The notes under the pieces: generated by a model
What the model was told of the DNA's origin: nothing
What the model saw: the letters and a program-made list of their open reading frames with translations, nothing else
The model's database searches: none
Translations under genes and position numbers: made by a program
Source of the DNA: a virus
Lineage: Duplodnaviria; Heunggongvirae; Uroviricota; Caudoviricetes
IMG/VR virus record: IMGVR_UViG_2751185969_000015
Coordinates: 1-37,691 of that record
Direction: 5' to 3' (one strand)
DNA: 37,691 nucleotides
Shown: one piece after another, positions 20,104 through 28,434 of the stretch
Layout of the letters: each line of letters opens with the position of its first letter
Position numbering within the stretch: position 1 is the stretch's first letter

Positions 20104-20316
20104 TTGTTCGTTATCGATTCAGCGGATGTCTTTCCATCAGTCCGCCACCACAAAGAATCTTTTTTGCCATAAGGCAGGAGGTTCATCTTTCAGTGGCTGC
20201 CAGTGTTATTTCCCCACTTACTGGCTTGGGTTGTTTCGCGGTACTGCCGTAACTGGTTGCCCAGAATAAATTCCGGTTTCATTATCAAGCCCACCCATTG
20301 ATGGGCTTTGTAATGA

Positions 20317-20592
20317 CTACAGTAACGAACTGCACAATGCGCCTGTATTTCGAGGATGACGTCCAAATACGTTAATCTTCTCGCGAACGCTCTCACTACA
20401 CATTCGCTCTACAATTCGCCAAACAGCCTTTTCAGGTAAAAATTTCGGCGCTAGTGCTGAAATAGCACGCCACATACCCCGACTAAGCGAGCATGCTGTG
20501 CTACCGAAACTAAAGATGGCGAACGAAATAGACGTGATAAACGCCCAGCACCCAGAGAGAAAAGTTGAGATGCGGTGATAAAGCTTAGTCAT
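20317..20592 (-). CDS. Hypothetical Ser/Cys-rich hydrophobic protein downstream of Rz
   Basis: 91-aa ORF with a strong AGGAG RBS 7 nt upstream of the ATG; hydrophobic segment WAFITSISFAIFSFGSTA. Confidence 0.5.
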   Translation of the reverse strand: MTKLYHRISTFLSGCWAFITSISFAIFSFGSTACSLSRGMWRAISALAPKFLPEKAVWRIVERMCSESVREKINVFGRHPRNTGALCSSLL

Positions 20593-20627
20593 ATATTGCT
20601 CCTGTTTTTTTGGTTTTCATCGCCCGA

Positions 20628-21065
20628 TCATTTCAGGCATTGCGTCCTGATGTATTCCTGCAGGTAGCTAACCTGCGCGGTTATCCTGTCGATTCCACTT
20701 CTGAGACGGTAATAATTGAGTTCAGCATCTGCTGTAAGTCTTGGGCTTTCTCCATCGCCCATGCTGCTGGCTCCGGTCGTTGGCTTTGCACAGGTGGCGG
20801 CGACTTGCAGGCGCTTACGACCAGCAGAAACATCAGCACGGAGGCTTTCGATAGTCTCGTTAGCATCAGCAAGCTCCTTTGTGTATCTGGCGTCGAGTTC
20901 TTCTACATCACGTTGACGCTTCTGCATGTCAGCAATTGTGGATGCGGCCTTATCGCGCTGCTCTTTGTAGGCGATGGCGTTATCACGGTAGTGATTAACA
21001 GCCCATGACAGGCAGACGATGATGCAGATAACCAGAGCGGAGATAATCGCGGTGACTCTGCTCAT
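20628..21065 (-). CDS. Rz: i-spanin Rz
   Basis: [39 protein letters not shown]..., N-terminal TM anchor and coiled-coil; lambda Rz-like. Confidence 0.85.
   Translation of the reverse strand: MSRVTAIISALVICIIVCLSWAVNHYRDNAIAYKEQRDKAASTIADMQKRQRDVEELDARYTKELADANETIESLRADVSAGRKRLQVAATCAKPTTGASSMGDGESPRLTADAELNYYRLRSGIDRITAQVSYLQEYIRTQCLK
20681..20872 (-). CDS. Rz1: o-spanin Rz1 (lipoprotein embedded in the +1 frame of Rz)
   Basis: ORF wholly inside Rz in another frame; lipobox LVVSAC followed by a Pro-rich region ([13 protein letters not shown]). Exact start among the in-frame Met codons is uncertain. Confidence 0.7.
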   Translation of the reverse strand: MLMLTRLSKASVLMFLLVVSACKSPPPVQSQRPEPAAWAMEKAQDLQQMLNSIITVSEVESTG

Positions 21066-21538
21066 ACCTCAATCTCTCTGACCGTTCCGCCAGCTTCTTT
21101 GAATTTTGCAATCAGGCTGTCAGCCTTATGCTCGAACTGACCATAACCAGCGCCCGGAAGAGAAGCCCAGATATTGCTGCAACGGTCGATAGCCTGACGG
21201 ATATCACCGCGATCAATCATCGGCAAAGCGCCACGCTCTTTAATCTGTTGCAATGCCACAGCGTCCTGGCTTTTCGGAGAGAAGTCTTTCAGGCCAAGCT
21301 GCTTACGATAGGAATCCCACCAACGGGAAAGAAGCTGGTAGCGCCCGGCTGCTGTTGATTTGAGTTTCGGATTTAGCGTGACAAGTTTGCGAGGGTGATC
21401 AGAGTAATCAGTGAATAGCTCACCACCTACAATGACGTCATAACCATGATTTCTGGTTTTCTGACGTCCGTTATCTGTTCCCTCTGACCACGCCAGCATA
21501 TCGAGGAACGCCTTACGTTGATTATTGATTTCCACCAT
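21062..21538 (-). CDS. R: Endolysin R (lambda-type lytic transglycosylase)
   Basis: [53 protein letters not shown]..., matching lambda R. Confidence 0.9.
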   Translation of the reverse strand: MVEINNQRKAFLDMLAWSEGTDNGRQKTRNHGYDVIVGGELFTDYSDHPRKLVTLNPKLKSTAAGRYQLLSRWWDSYRKQLGLKDFSPKSQDAVALQQIKERGALPMIDRGDIRQAIDRCSNIWASLPGAGYGQFEHKADSLIAKFKEAGGTVREIEV

Positions 21539-21845
21539 CTTCTACTCCGGCTTTTTTAGCAGCGAAGCGTTTGATAAGCGAACCAATCGAGTCAGTACCG
21601 ATGTAGCCGATGAACACGCTCGTTATATAAGCGAGATTGCTACTTAGTCCGGCGAAGTCGAGAAGGTCACGAATGAACCAGGCGATAATGGCGCACATCG
21701 TTGCGTCGATTACTGTTTTTGTAAACGCACCGCCATTATATCTGCCGCGAAGGTACGCCATTGCAAACGCAAGGATTGCCCCGATGCCTTGTTCCTTTGC
21801 CGCGAGAATGGCGGCTAACAGGTCATGTTTTTCTGGCATCTTCAT
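21522..21845 (-). CDS. S: Holin S (lambda S107/S105 dual-start type)
   Basis: [67 protein letters not shown]..., essentially lambda S, with the Met-Lys-Met dual-start motif. Confidence 0.9.
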   Translation of the reverse strand: MKMPEKHDLLAAILAAKEQGIGAILAFAMAYLRGRYNGGAFTKTVIDATMCAIIAWFIRDLLDFAGLSSNLAYITSVFIGYIGTDSIGSLIKRFAAKKAGVEDGGNQ

Positions 21846-22087
21846 GTCTTACCCCCAATAAGGGGATTTGCTCTATTTAATTAGGAATAAGGTCGATTAC
21901 TGATAGAACAAATCCAGGCTACTGTGTTTAGTAATCAGATTTGTTCGTGACCGATATGCACGGGAAAAACGGCATGAGGTTGTTAGCGCGACCTCCTGTC
22001 ACCCGCTTTCACGAAGATCATGTGTAGAAGGCCGCAGCATAACTATCACTGATGAATTCAGGATAGCCAGTGGCTACGGCTCAGTTA

Positions 22088-22163
22088 TGGTGCTGGTTAA
22101 CGGACTTGAACCGCTAGCCATTCGCTTACAAGGCGACCGCTCTACCATTGGAGCTAAACCAGC
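22088..22163 (-). tRNA. tRNA-Thr (anticodon UGU), 76 nt with encoded CCA
   Basis: Hand-folded reverse complement GCTGGTTTAGCTCCAATGGTAGAGCGGTCGCCTTGTAAGCGAATGGCTAGCGGTTCAAGTCCGTTAACCAGCACCA. Perfect 7-bp acceptor stem, D-arm GCTC/GAGC, anticodon loop CUUGUAA, T-loop UUCAAGU, discriminator A. One mismatch in the anticodon stem. Confidence 0.6.
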
Positions 22164-22168
22164 ATGTT

Positions 22169-22243
22169 TGGCGGGACAGCGTGGACTCGAACCACGATAA
22201 GAAGGTTAACAGCCTTCCGTAATGACCTTTATACGACTGACCC
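22169..22243 (-). tRNA. tRNA-Asn (anticodon GUU), 75 nt with encoded CCA
   Basis: Hand-folded reverse complement GGGTCAGTCGTATAAAGGTCATTACGGAAGGCTGTTAACCTTCTTATCGTGGTTCGAGTCCACGCTGTCCCGCCA. Anticodon loop CUGUUAA and T-arm GGTTCGAGTCC as in E. coli tRNA-Asn. One mismatch each in the acceptor and D stems. Confidence 0.6.
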
Positions 22244-22306
22244 AAATAAAAAAAGCCACCGTTGCAACTTAAGAGTCACTAACGGCAGCTTACCTTCTAA
22301 TTATGG

Positions 22307-22825
22307 CTAAATGGATAATTGCATGTCAAGGCTTTTAACAGCAACATGCTTAACTTTCTCAACACGTTTACGCATTTTGAAAGCATTTTGCATTGGCTGG
22401 TACAAAACAAATAACGACGCTTTCAGGATGTCGTCAATTTCGTTTCTACAGGTTGCCATTGAAGGTTTTCTCCATCCCTCGCCACCACGTCCACACATCT
22501 TGCGTGGCTTTGCAGTCGCGTGATAGTAGGATGCAATTGCTCGCTTAGATGAACCATGAGCGTAGTAGCTGAGGAGGATGCCAAAGGCTTTTTTGTCAAT
22601 GTACATGACGGAATCGACGACCTGAGAAATCAACATTCCATCATCATCATTGCACATTGGCCTTGTCATAACTCTTCCCGGCTCTACGCTCTCCATGAAC
22701 TTCGCTATTACGCTGCTCATACGCTTTTCAAGACGACCTGAATAAACCCATGCGCCCCACAGTTCAAGCCAGCCATTCAGCCACTCGTGCTGTTCTTTGG
22801 TGAGGTTTAGCTCTCTTATGCTCAT
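22307..22825 (-). CDS. Q: Late-gene antiterminator Q (phage 82 / P22 gp23 family)
   Basis: Motifs WLELWGAWV, RPMCNDDDGMLI and LLSYYAHG match the 82-type Q family signature; sits at the end of the nin region, upstream of the lysis genes. Confidence 0.75.
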   Translation of the reverse strand: MSIRELNLTKEQHEWLNGWLELWGAWVYSGRLEKRMSSVIAKFMESVEPGRVMTRPMCNDDDGMLISQVVDSVMYIDKKAFGILLSYYAHGSSKRAIASYYHATAKPRKMCGRGGEGWRKPSMATCRNEIDDILKASLFVLYQPMQNAFKMRKRVEKVKHVAVKSLDMQLSI

Positions 22826-23010
22826 CGTCTTCCCTTTTTGCCTGGCGTGACCATCAGGACGCCGTTAACTATTACGTGACGCTCGCCTTTGCTGTCTCGG
22901 TTGTACTTGAGCACTGTTCCTCTTGCGCAGGAAAGCATCCTCGCCACTTCGGTCTGATTGCCTCGTGTCTGGATAAGAAGCTCTGGTATCGTTTGAATTG
23001 TGGCGTTCAT
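22822..23010 (-). CDS. ninH: NinH-like protein
   Basis: MNATIQTIPELLIQTRGNQTEVARMLSCARGTVLKYNRDSKGERHVIVNGVLMV resembles lambda NinH (GNQTEVAR...RGTV.KY). Confidence 0.7.
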   Translation of the reverse strand: MNATIQTIPELLIQTRGNQTEVARMLSCARGTVLKYNRDSKGERHVIVNGVLMVTPGKKGRR

Positions 23011-23369
23011 GCGTTCTCCAGTTCGGTGATTTTTATTCCAAGCCGTCCGCCTGGTACTTTCACGCCACGAATTACGCGAATGTCATCGAATTGCTCGTCA
23101 TCTTCCGCAAATCCGGCGTGGATAAGGGAGTCGAGTAAACCCTTCAGGATGTTGTCGAGGTCGCGGCGGCGGGAGTCTGGAACGTCTGCGATGACTTTGA
23201 TGCGGAGTCGTGATTTGGTGAAAATGTCTAACTTGAGTTGGCGGATGATTTGCTGAACGTCTTTTCGGTATTTCTGGCCTTTATCGCTTATGTAATATTG
23301 GCTTCCCCGTCTTCGCCAGTAGGTATTCACCGACGGCGGGTAAGGAAGCACAAACTGATATTCGTTCAT
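23007..23369 (-). CDS. rusA: Holliday junction resolvase RusA
   Basis: MNEYQFVLPYPPSVNTYWRRRGS...DVPDSRRRDLDNILKGLLDSLIHAGF...GGRLGIKITELE: the RusA catalytic motif pattern. Confidence 0.85.
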   Translation of the reverse strand: MNEYQFVLPYPPSVNTYWRRRGSQYYISDKGQKYRKDVQQIIRQLKLDIFTKSRLRIKVIADVPDSRRRDLDNILKGLLDSLIHAGFAEDDEQFDDIRVIRGVKVPGGRLGIKITELENA

Positions 23370-23656
23370 GGCTTAATCTTTCCCTCCTTCAGCAGTATCG
23401 CCTGCGTCCTGATCACGCCTTCGAGGTGGTAAAGTCTGGCGTCTTTGTTGTCGAGATTATGGGTGCGTCGGTCGATTTCATCGTGACACGCGCTACAAGC
23501 CCATGCGCCGATCAGGTCGTCAGGCTTCATTCCCGTTCCGCAAATTCCAGCCATCCGGTAATGTGCCAGAACTGTAGTTTCAGGATTACCATTGCATACG
23601 CCGTAAATACGTACCTGACATTCTCTGCCGCGCGCTTCTTTGCGTAGGTTAGCCAT
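23366..23656 (-). CDS. YbcO-like / DUF1364 family protein (putative nuclease)
   Basis: 96-aa Cys/His-rich ORF (CQVRIYGVCNG...CSACHDEID) resembling prophage YbcO-type proteins; assignment from recall. Confidence 0.55.
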   Translation of the reverse strand: MANLRKEARGRECQVRIYGVCNGNPETTVLAHYRMAGICGTGMKPDDLIGAWACSACHDEIDRRTHNLDNKDARLYHLEGVIRTQAILLKEGKIKP

Positions 23657-24378
23657 TAAGCAGCCTCCCCTGTTACTTTCAGCATTCCGTTATCGAGCAG
23701 CTTTCTGGTCAGCCACTGTTGACCACGCCCAGTGATTTTTGTGGTGAACGATATCTGTATTCCGTGATTTGTGTTGACCGCTGTTTCTTTCACTGTGAAA
23801 TAGCCGCGATCCATATATTCCTGCATTGGCACATTGCGCCGGGAACCTGAAGCAATAAGGATTTTGTGATCGCGCATCCACGCAAACAGTTTGTTTGGAC
23901 CAATTCCAACAACCTTTGCAAAGTTTCCAATCAAAATTCCGCTGGCCTCGCCAACGCGATCGGCAAACTCAACTTTAGGTGCGGCAATTGCGAGCTGGTT
24001 TTCCAGTTGCATTTTCTGCTCAGCAAGATCAGCAGCAAGGCGCAACGCTTCCGGTAGCGTTTTGGGGATATTAACCGCAGCTTCTTCAAGCTCTCGCCAG
24101 CGGTCAACAAGGCGAGCGGTGAACTCTGGCGACAACTGGGCAACAACGACAATACTGTCTCGCTTACCTTGTTCGCCTTCGAAGACGTAATGCTCGTACT
24201 GAACATTGAACCCTAAGTTATTGATTCTTCCGGAAACCTCAATTTGAGGAAGCCGGATAACACCATTTTTAGCCAGCGTTTCGATGGTACGTTTCACATT
24301 GTCATGACGCTTACCAACCAACTCAGCAATTTCAATGCTTGTCATTTTGATGGCATTGCCATTTATTAACTCATTCAT
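23656..24378 (-). CDS. Rha-like phage regulatory protein with KilAC-type C-terminal domain (antirepressor family)
   Basis: N-terminal ...MTSIEIAELVGKRHDNVKRTIETL... and C-terminal ...GNFAKVVGIGPNKLFAWMRDHKILIASGSRRNVPMQEYMDRGYFTVKET... are typical Rha / AntB-KilAC regions. Confidence 0.65.
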   Translation of the reverse strand: MNELINGNAIKMTSIEIAELVGKRHDNVKRTIETLAKNGVIRLPQIEVSGRINNLGFNVQYEHYVFEGEQGKRDSIVVVAQLSPEFTARLVDRWRELEEAAVNIPKTLPEALRLAADLAEQKMQLENQLAIAAPKVEFADRVGEASGILIGNFAKVVGIGPNKLFAWMRDHKILIASGSRRNVPMQEYMDRGYFTVKETAVNTNHGIQISFTTKITGRGQQWLTRKLLDNGMLKVTGEAA

Positions 24379-24541
24379 CGTCTTCTTCCTCGTACATTGA
24401 GCTATTCGGATCGCTCATCAGTTCTGCGCAGCAGTGCTCACACACGTGAACTTCCAGCACATGCAGCTTCTGACCGCAGTTAGCGCACGTTAAAGCCCGC
24501 TCAACGCTTTCTTGTTCGTAACTTCGATTTGGGTCAATCAC
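24371..24541 (-). CDS. ninF: NinF
   Basis: From a GTG (24539-24541) overlapping the ninE stop: (M)[48 protein letters not shown]..., matching lambda NinF. Confidence 0.75.
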   Translation of the reverse strand: MIDPNRSYEQESVERALTCANCGQKLHVLEVHVCEHCCAELMSDPNSSMYEEEDDE

Positions 24542-24720
24542 CTTGTTTTCCTCGCACGATGTCTTAGCCACCGGATATCCCACAGGTGAGCCGTGTAGTT
24601 GAAGGTTTTTACGTCAGATTCTTTTGGGATTGGCTTGCGTTTATTTCTGGAGCGTTTCGTTGGAAGGTATTTGCAGTTTTCGCAGATGATGTCGGTGATG
24701 CTTCGTCGCTGTCGCCTCAT
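24538..24720 (-). CDS. ninE: NinE
   Basis: Start at internal ATG: [60 protein letters not shown], matching lambda NinE. Confidence 0.8.
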   Translation of the reverse strand: MRRQRRSITDIICENCKYLPTKRSRNKRKPIPKESDVKTFNYTAHLWDIRWLRHRARKTR

Positions 24721-25127
24721 TCGTACCTCCTGTCGGTAAATCTGACACCCTGACCAATAGCCCATGCTGTTGTGTACTCAATCAGGCTTGCCATGCGCTT
24801 CACGCTCATCTGCGCGCTGCTTTCGCGAATGTTGACGTATTCGCCTTCAAGCCCGGGCAAAACATCAGCTTCCTGCTTTGTTGCCACTGCATGACCGCTG
24901 ATCAACAAAACCTTCCATTGTTCTGGTTTTAACCATTTGCCGCACCATTGAACCTGACGTGCGATATCCGCCAGCATCGCGTGAAATTTTGCGTTCTGGT
25001 CAAGGTTGCGCTTGTAGTCAGTAATGCGGATGGTGACTGGCTTGTCTTTATCGAGTGGTGTTGCGAGGATGGCATTTATTGCAGCTTGCTGTTGTTGCTT
25101 AGTTCGGAGGAAGATTGTTTGCTTCAT
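24717..25127 (-). CDS. ninB: NinB-family recombination protein
   Basis: 136-aa ORF ...[41 protein letters not shown]... resembles the NinB/Orf family. Confidence 0.7.
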   Translation of the reverse strand: MKQTIFLRTKQQQQAAINAILATPLDKDKPVTIRITDYKRNLDQNAKFHAMLADIARQVQWCGKWLKPEQWKVLLISGHAVATKQEADVLPGLEGEYVNIRESSAQMSVKRMASLIEYTTAWAIGQGVRFTDRRYE

Positions 25128-25129
25128 CG

Positions 25130-25450
25130 TTACTCCTTCACTTTGACTCCAGCAGCGCGGATGTTTTCCTCATAAGCATCCATTGCATCACCGAAGCCAT
25201 TGGAATAATCAACAGTAAACCCTTTGGCTAATGCTTCTCTGCTGTCGATAAACTTTGGCGCGGTTATTTCAATAGCTGATCGCGATGCCTGCCACGTTTG
25301 CCAGTGGCCTTGAACATCGTCCATCACGTATTGACCACCAATATTACCGCTGCCAATTTCATGGTGATTTTCAGGGTAACGGATAAGGTATGAAGATTCG
25401 CCCCCACGTCGCAACCAACTTTCTTCAAACTGCTTTCTTGATTCGTCCAT
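25130..25450 (-). CDS. Hypothetical nin-region protein
   Basis: 106-aa ORF MDESRKQFEESWLRRGGESSYLIRYPENHHEIG...; 2-nt gap to ninB; family not recognised. Confidence 0.5.
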   Translation of the reverse strand: MDESRKQFEESWLRRGGESSYLIRYPENHHEIGSGNIGGQYVMDDVQGHWQTWQASRSAIEITAPKFIDSREALAKGFTVDYSNGFGDAMDAYEENIRAAGVKVKE

Positions 25451-25467
25451 CGATACTTATCCTCAGT

Positions 25468-25674
25468 TCAACTCAAAAAACGCCACGCCATTTTTGCTAC
25501 AGCGACAGGCATAACACCGATAATCACCCACAGAAAAATGCTACCGAAAAGCACACCAACCAGGTCTTTACCTTCGCCTACCAACCGGACAAAACTGCTG
25601 GCAACCACAATGAACGTCGCCACCATCCACATAGCACCGAGAATCCTCAATGCAGAAAAAATCAACTCAACCAC
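25468..25674 (-). CDS. Small two-helix membrane protein (GTG start)
   Basis: 68-aa ORF MVELIFSALRILGAMWMVATFIVVASSFVRLVGEGKDLVGVLFGSIFLWVIIGVMPVAVAKMAWRFLS with two hydrophobic helices. GTG start preceded by a GGGGGAGGG RBS-like run. Confidence 0.45.
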   Translation of the reverse strand: MVELIFSALRILGAMWMVATFIVVASSFVRLVGEGKDLVGVLFGSIFLWVIIGVMPVAVAKMAWRFLS

Positions 25675-25746
25675 GATTTACCCTCCCCCAAATAAAAAGG
25701 CCTGCGATTACCAGCAGGCCTGTTATTAGCTCAGTGATGTAGATGG

Positions 25747-26037
25747 TCATCTTTTAACTCCATATACCGCCAATATCCGTTTCATCGTGGCACTCTGGCG
25801 ACACTCCTTAAAAATCAGGTTCGTGCTCATCTTTCCTTCCCGTTCTTCCTTGGTAGCAAACCGGTAATACACCGTTCGCCAGACCTTACCTTCGATAACC
25901 AGAAGACCTGCCCGTGCCATTTTAGCCGCGGCCTGATTTATGCTGGTTACTGTTGCGCCTGTTAGCGCGGCAACGTCCGGCGCACAGAAGCTATTATGCG
26001 TCCCCAGGTAATGAATAATTGCCTCTTTGCCCGTCAT
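25747..26037 (-). CDS. ren: Ren protein
   Basis: MTGKEAIIHYLGTHNSFCAPDVAALTGATVTSINQAAAKMARAGLLVIEGKVWRTVYYRF... matches lambda Ren; overlaps the P stop. Confidence 0.85.
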   Translation of the reverse strand: MTGKEAIIHYLGTHNSFCAPDVAALTGATVTSINQAAAKMARAGLLVIEGKVWRTVYYRFATKEEREGKMSTNLIFKECRQSATMKRILAVYGVKR

Positions 26038-26735
26038 ACACTTGCTCCTTTCAGTCCTAACTTAGCTTTAATTTCTGCGATCTTCGCCAGCGCCTGAACA
26101 CGATTTAGAGGTCTGCCGCCCATGACAGGAAGTTGTTTTACTGGTTCAGGTATCGTCTCACCACGGTTAATTCGCGCTGTCATACAGGTCAGTTCATCGG
26201 CAGCCTTGCGTCGTAATTCCGCGTCAGTCAGCGCATTGGCCCGCATGTTCTGGTACAGGTTGGTAACCAGCCAGTAGTGCGCGTTCGATTTCCACGGATA
26301 AGACTCTGCATCCGGATACAGGCCTCGCTTCCGGCAATACTCGTAAACCATATCAACCAGCTCGCTGACGTTTGGCAGTCCGGCGATAACGGATGCTTCT
26401 TCCCGGCACCATGCAACAAACTGCCCGGGTGATGGCAGAAATGGTCGATTCTGCCGACGGGCTACGCGCATTCCTGCGTTAACCTGTTCCATTGTGGTGA
26501 TCCCGTTTTCCCGGAAAGCCAGAACCCACTGGCGGCGGATTTCGTTCAGTTCGTTCTGGTCACGGTTAGCCAGACTCGCCGGGAAAGTTGCCAGTAACTG
26601 GCTGAACACACCGTTGATGATCTGCGCTACCTGCTGTACCTGCGGCTTTTCGTCGTACTGTTCCGGCATGTTGTTGGCGATCCGACGCATCTGCTCACGG
26701 TCAAAATTAACCATCTGTGCGGCGATGTTTTTCAT
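26034..26735 (-). CDS. P: Replication protein P (DnaB helicase loader)
   Basis: MKNIAAQMVNFDREQMRRIANNMPEQYDEKPQVQQVAQIINGVFSQLLATFPASLANRDQNELNEIRRQW... matches lambda P. Confidence 0.9.
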   Translation of the reverse strand: MKNIAAQMVNFDREQMRRIANNMPEQYDEKPQVQQVAQIINGVFSQLLATFPASLANRDQNELNEIRRQWVLAFRENGITTMEQVNAGMRVARRQNRPFLPSPGQFVAWCREEASVIAGLPNVSELVDMVYEYCRKRGLYPDAESYPWKSNAHYWLVTNLYQNMRANALTDAELRRKAADELTCMTARINRGETIPEPVKQLPVMGGRPLNRVQALAKIAEIKAKLGLKGASV

Positions 26736-27631
26736 AAATCCACCCCGTAAATCCAGTCAGTGTTTGTCAGGTCGAGTTTTGGTTTGCAGGCTGTCACACC
26801 TGCCTGTTGCTTGTTACGGTTGATTTCGAGCTGGGTCCACTTGTCGCGGAGTTTGGCCGGGCTCAGCACGTTACCGGACCAGAAGTTGTCCTGGCATGCC
26901 CAGCGGAACAGTACACACATGTCGCGATGGTTACGTCCGTCACGTTCACGCATCAGGCGGATATCGTTAGCCCACCCTGCAAAATTCGGTTTTCTGGCTG
27001 ATGGCGCGATGGTCTTCACCATGTCAAACATCCATTCTGCGGCGGTCAGGTCTTCTGCTGTCCCCCACTTGCTGCCGCTCTGAATTGCAGCATCCGGTTT
27101 CACCACAGAAAGGTCGTTTTCTGGCTGGTCAGAGGATTCGCCAGAATTCTCTGACGAATAATCTTTTCTTTTTTCTTTTGTAATAGTGTCTTTTGTGTCC
27201 CCCTGTTTTGAGGGATAGCAATCCCCCAATTTGAGGGATGTTTTATCCCTCGTTTTAGGGGATTTTCCCTCGTTTTGAGGGATACACCATTCTGAGATGT
27301 TTTTATTTGGTCCAAACATGCCGCCTTGCTGCTTGATAATATTCATTCTGACGAGTTCTAACTTGGCTTCATTGCACCGTTTGACGGGTAACTTTGTAAT
27401 CTCGCTAAGTTGAGAATCGGTGATTCTGTCCATTGGTTTATTCCATCCATAGGTTTTACGCAGAATGGCAAGCAGCACTTTAAACTGTCGCTTGGTCAGA
27501 TCTGCGCCTGAATAAGCCTCAAGCAGCATATTTGATAGTCTGGCGTAACCATCATCGAGATCTGCCACATTACGCTCCTGTTTGGCAAAGTTACCTCTGC
27601 AGAAGTTGAGTATTTTTGCTGTATTTGTCAT
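26732..27631 (-). CDS. O: Replication initiator O
   Basis: MTNTAKILNFCRGNFAKQERNVADLDDGYARLSNMLLEAYSGADLTKRQFKVLLAILRKTYGWNKPMDRITDSQL... matches lambda O; contains the ori iterons. Confidence 0.9.
   Translation of the reverse strand: MTNTAKILNFCRGNFAKQERNVADLDDGYARLSNMLLEAYSGADLTKRQFKVLLAILRKTYGWNKPMDRITDSQLSEITKLPVKRCNEAKLELVRMNIIKQQGGMFGPNKNISEWCIPQNEGKSPKTRDKTSLKLGDCYPSKQGDTKDTITKEKRKDYSSENSGESSDQPENDLSVVKPDAAIQSGSKWGTAEDLTAAEWMFDMVKTIAPSARKPNFAGWANDIRLMRERDGRNHRDMCVLFRWACQDNFWSGNVLSPAKLRDKWTQLEINRNKQQAGVTACKPKLDLTNTDWIYGVDL
27197..27286. repeat. ori-lambda: four iterons inside the O gene, with adjacent AT-rich region
   Basis: Four approximately 18-bp repeats of the type CCCTCAAAACGAGGG (plus-strand forms CCCCTGTTTTGAGGGA, CCCCCAATTTGAGGGA, CCCTCGTTTTAGGGGA, CCCTCGTTTTGAGGGA), flanked at 27150-27185 by an A/T-rich tract. 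Confidence 0.85.
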
Positions 27632-27663
27632 AATGACTCCTGTGGATTGATCCAGTAATGACC

Positions 27664-27960
27664 TCAGAATTCCATCTGGATTTGTTCAGAACGCTCAGTT
27701 GCCGCCGGGCGTTTTTTATTGGTGAGTCCATCAAGCGCATACTTAAAAGCCCTGCTAATCGGACTGATGTCTGATGCCATTCCGAAAGCACACAAGACCG
27801 AAGCAATAAATCTCCAGTCCGTTCTGCTTATCTTCGATTCATGACAGCCAATCATCTTTGCCAGACCGCGCTGGGTAATAGCTGACAGATTGATAAGTAA
27901 ATCTGTTTCTGCGCGATCAACGTCACGCTGTGATAGTTTGCTGTAACTTGTTCTTTCCAT
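27664..27960 (-). CDS. cII: CII-like transcriptional activator (hybrid: lambda-type C-terminus, divergent N-terminus)
   Basis: C-terminus ...LTNKKRPAATERSEQIQMEF matches lambda CII; the N-terminal 75 aa differ. Located between cro and O. Confidence 0.75.
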   Translation of the reverse strand: MERTSYSKLSQRDVDRAETDLLINLSAITQRGLAKMIGCHESKISRTDWRFIASVLCAFGMASDISPISRAFKYALDGLTNKKRPAATERSEQIQMEF

Positions 27961-28045
27961 TTCTTAAGATTTCCAATAGTGAATAGTTAGTTGAAAGGTA
28001 TGCGTGGAAACGCATATGGCCTTAGTTGGTCAGATATCTTGGAAC

Positions 28046-28092
28046 TCGCTTTTCAGCGACGTAGGACGAATGTCCGTTGTTACAAAGAGCGG
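28046..28092 (-). promoter_or_regulatory. nutR candidate (boxA plus boxB)
   Basis: On the minus strand, downstream of cro: boxA-like CGCTCTTTGTAA (28081-28092), then about 20 nt later a hairpin TCGCU-GAAA-AGCGA (28046-28059). Its core matches the nutL hairpin. Confidence 0.55.
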
Positions 28093-28101
28093 ATCCGCTT
28101 A

Positions 28102-28317
28102 TTAAGCGGCTTTGTGTTCCGGCGGGAACACGTCATCAAGACTGACTTTTGCGCCTAACTTGTTTAGGCACGCAACAAGAGCACGGCATGTTTTAAGGTC
28201 TGGGAAGCGACGACCAGATTCCCAATGTCCGATAGCTCCCTGTGTGCATCCAACTGCCTTAGCAAGTGTTGTTTGAGAGATATTCAGTGACTCTCGATAT
28301 TTTCGTAGGTTGCTCAT
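28102..28317 (-). CDS. cro: Cro-like repressor (XRE-family HTH)
   Basis: Start at internal ATG (28315-28317) with GGAGGG RBS: MSNLRKYRESLNISQTTLAKAVGCTQGAIGHWESGRRFPDLKTCRALVACLNKLGAKVSLDDVF... Divergent from cI. Confidence 0.75.
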   Translation of the reverse strand: MSNLRKYRESLNISQTTLAKAVGCTQGAIGHWESGRRFPDLKTCRALVACLNKLGAKVSLDDVFPPEHKAA

Positions 28318-28434
28318 ATGCCCTCCATAGTAAACACGAATAAAAAAATACAATATGTACTTTGCGAATACAAGTAAAAATACACATTGTGCATGGATGG
28401 TTCCAGTACAGAGCGTAATAATAAGGACATGAAA
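28318..28434. promoter_or_regulatory. cro-cI intergenic control region (OR with PR/PRM)
   Basis: 117-bp AT-rich spacer between divergent cro and cI. Contains TACA...TGTA-type near-palindromes (for example TACAATATGTA), similar to motifs in the PL region. Confidence 0.6.

Noticed and set aside
22000-22087. Possible third tRNA between the tRNA pair and the holin gene
   Set aside because: Only a roughly 50-nt imperfect inverted repeat (GCCGTAG...CTGCGGC); no T-loop or anticodon arm could be folded.
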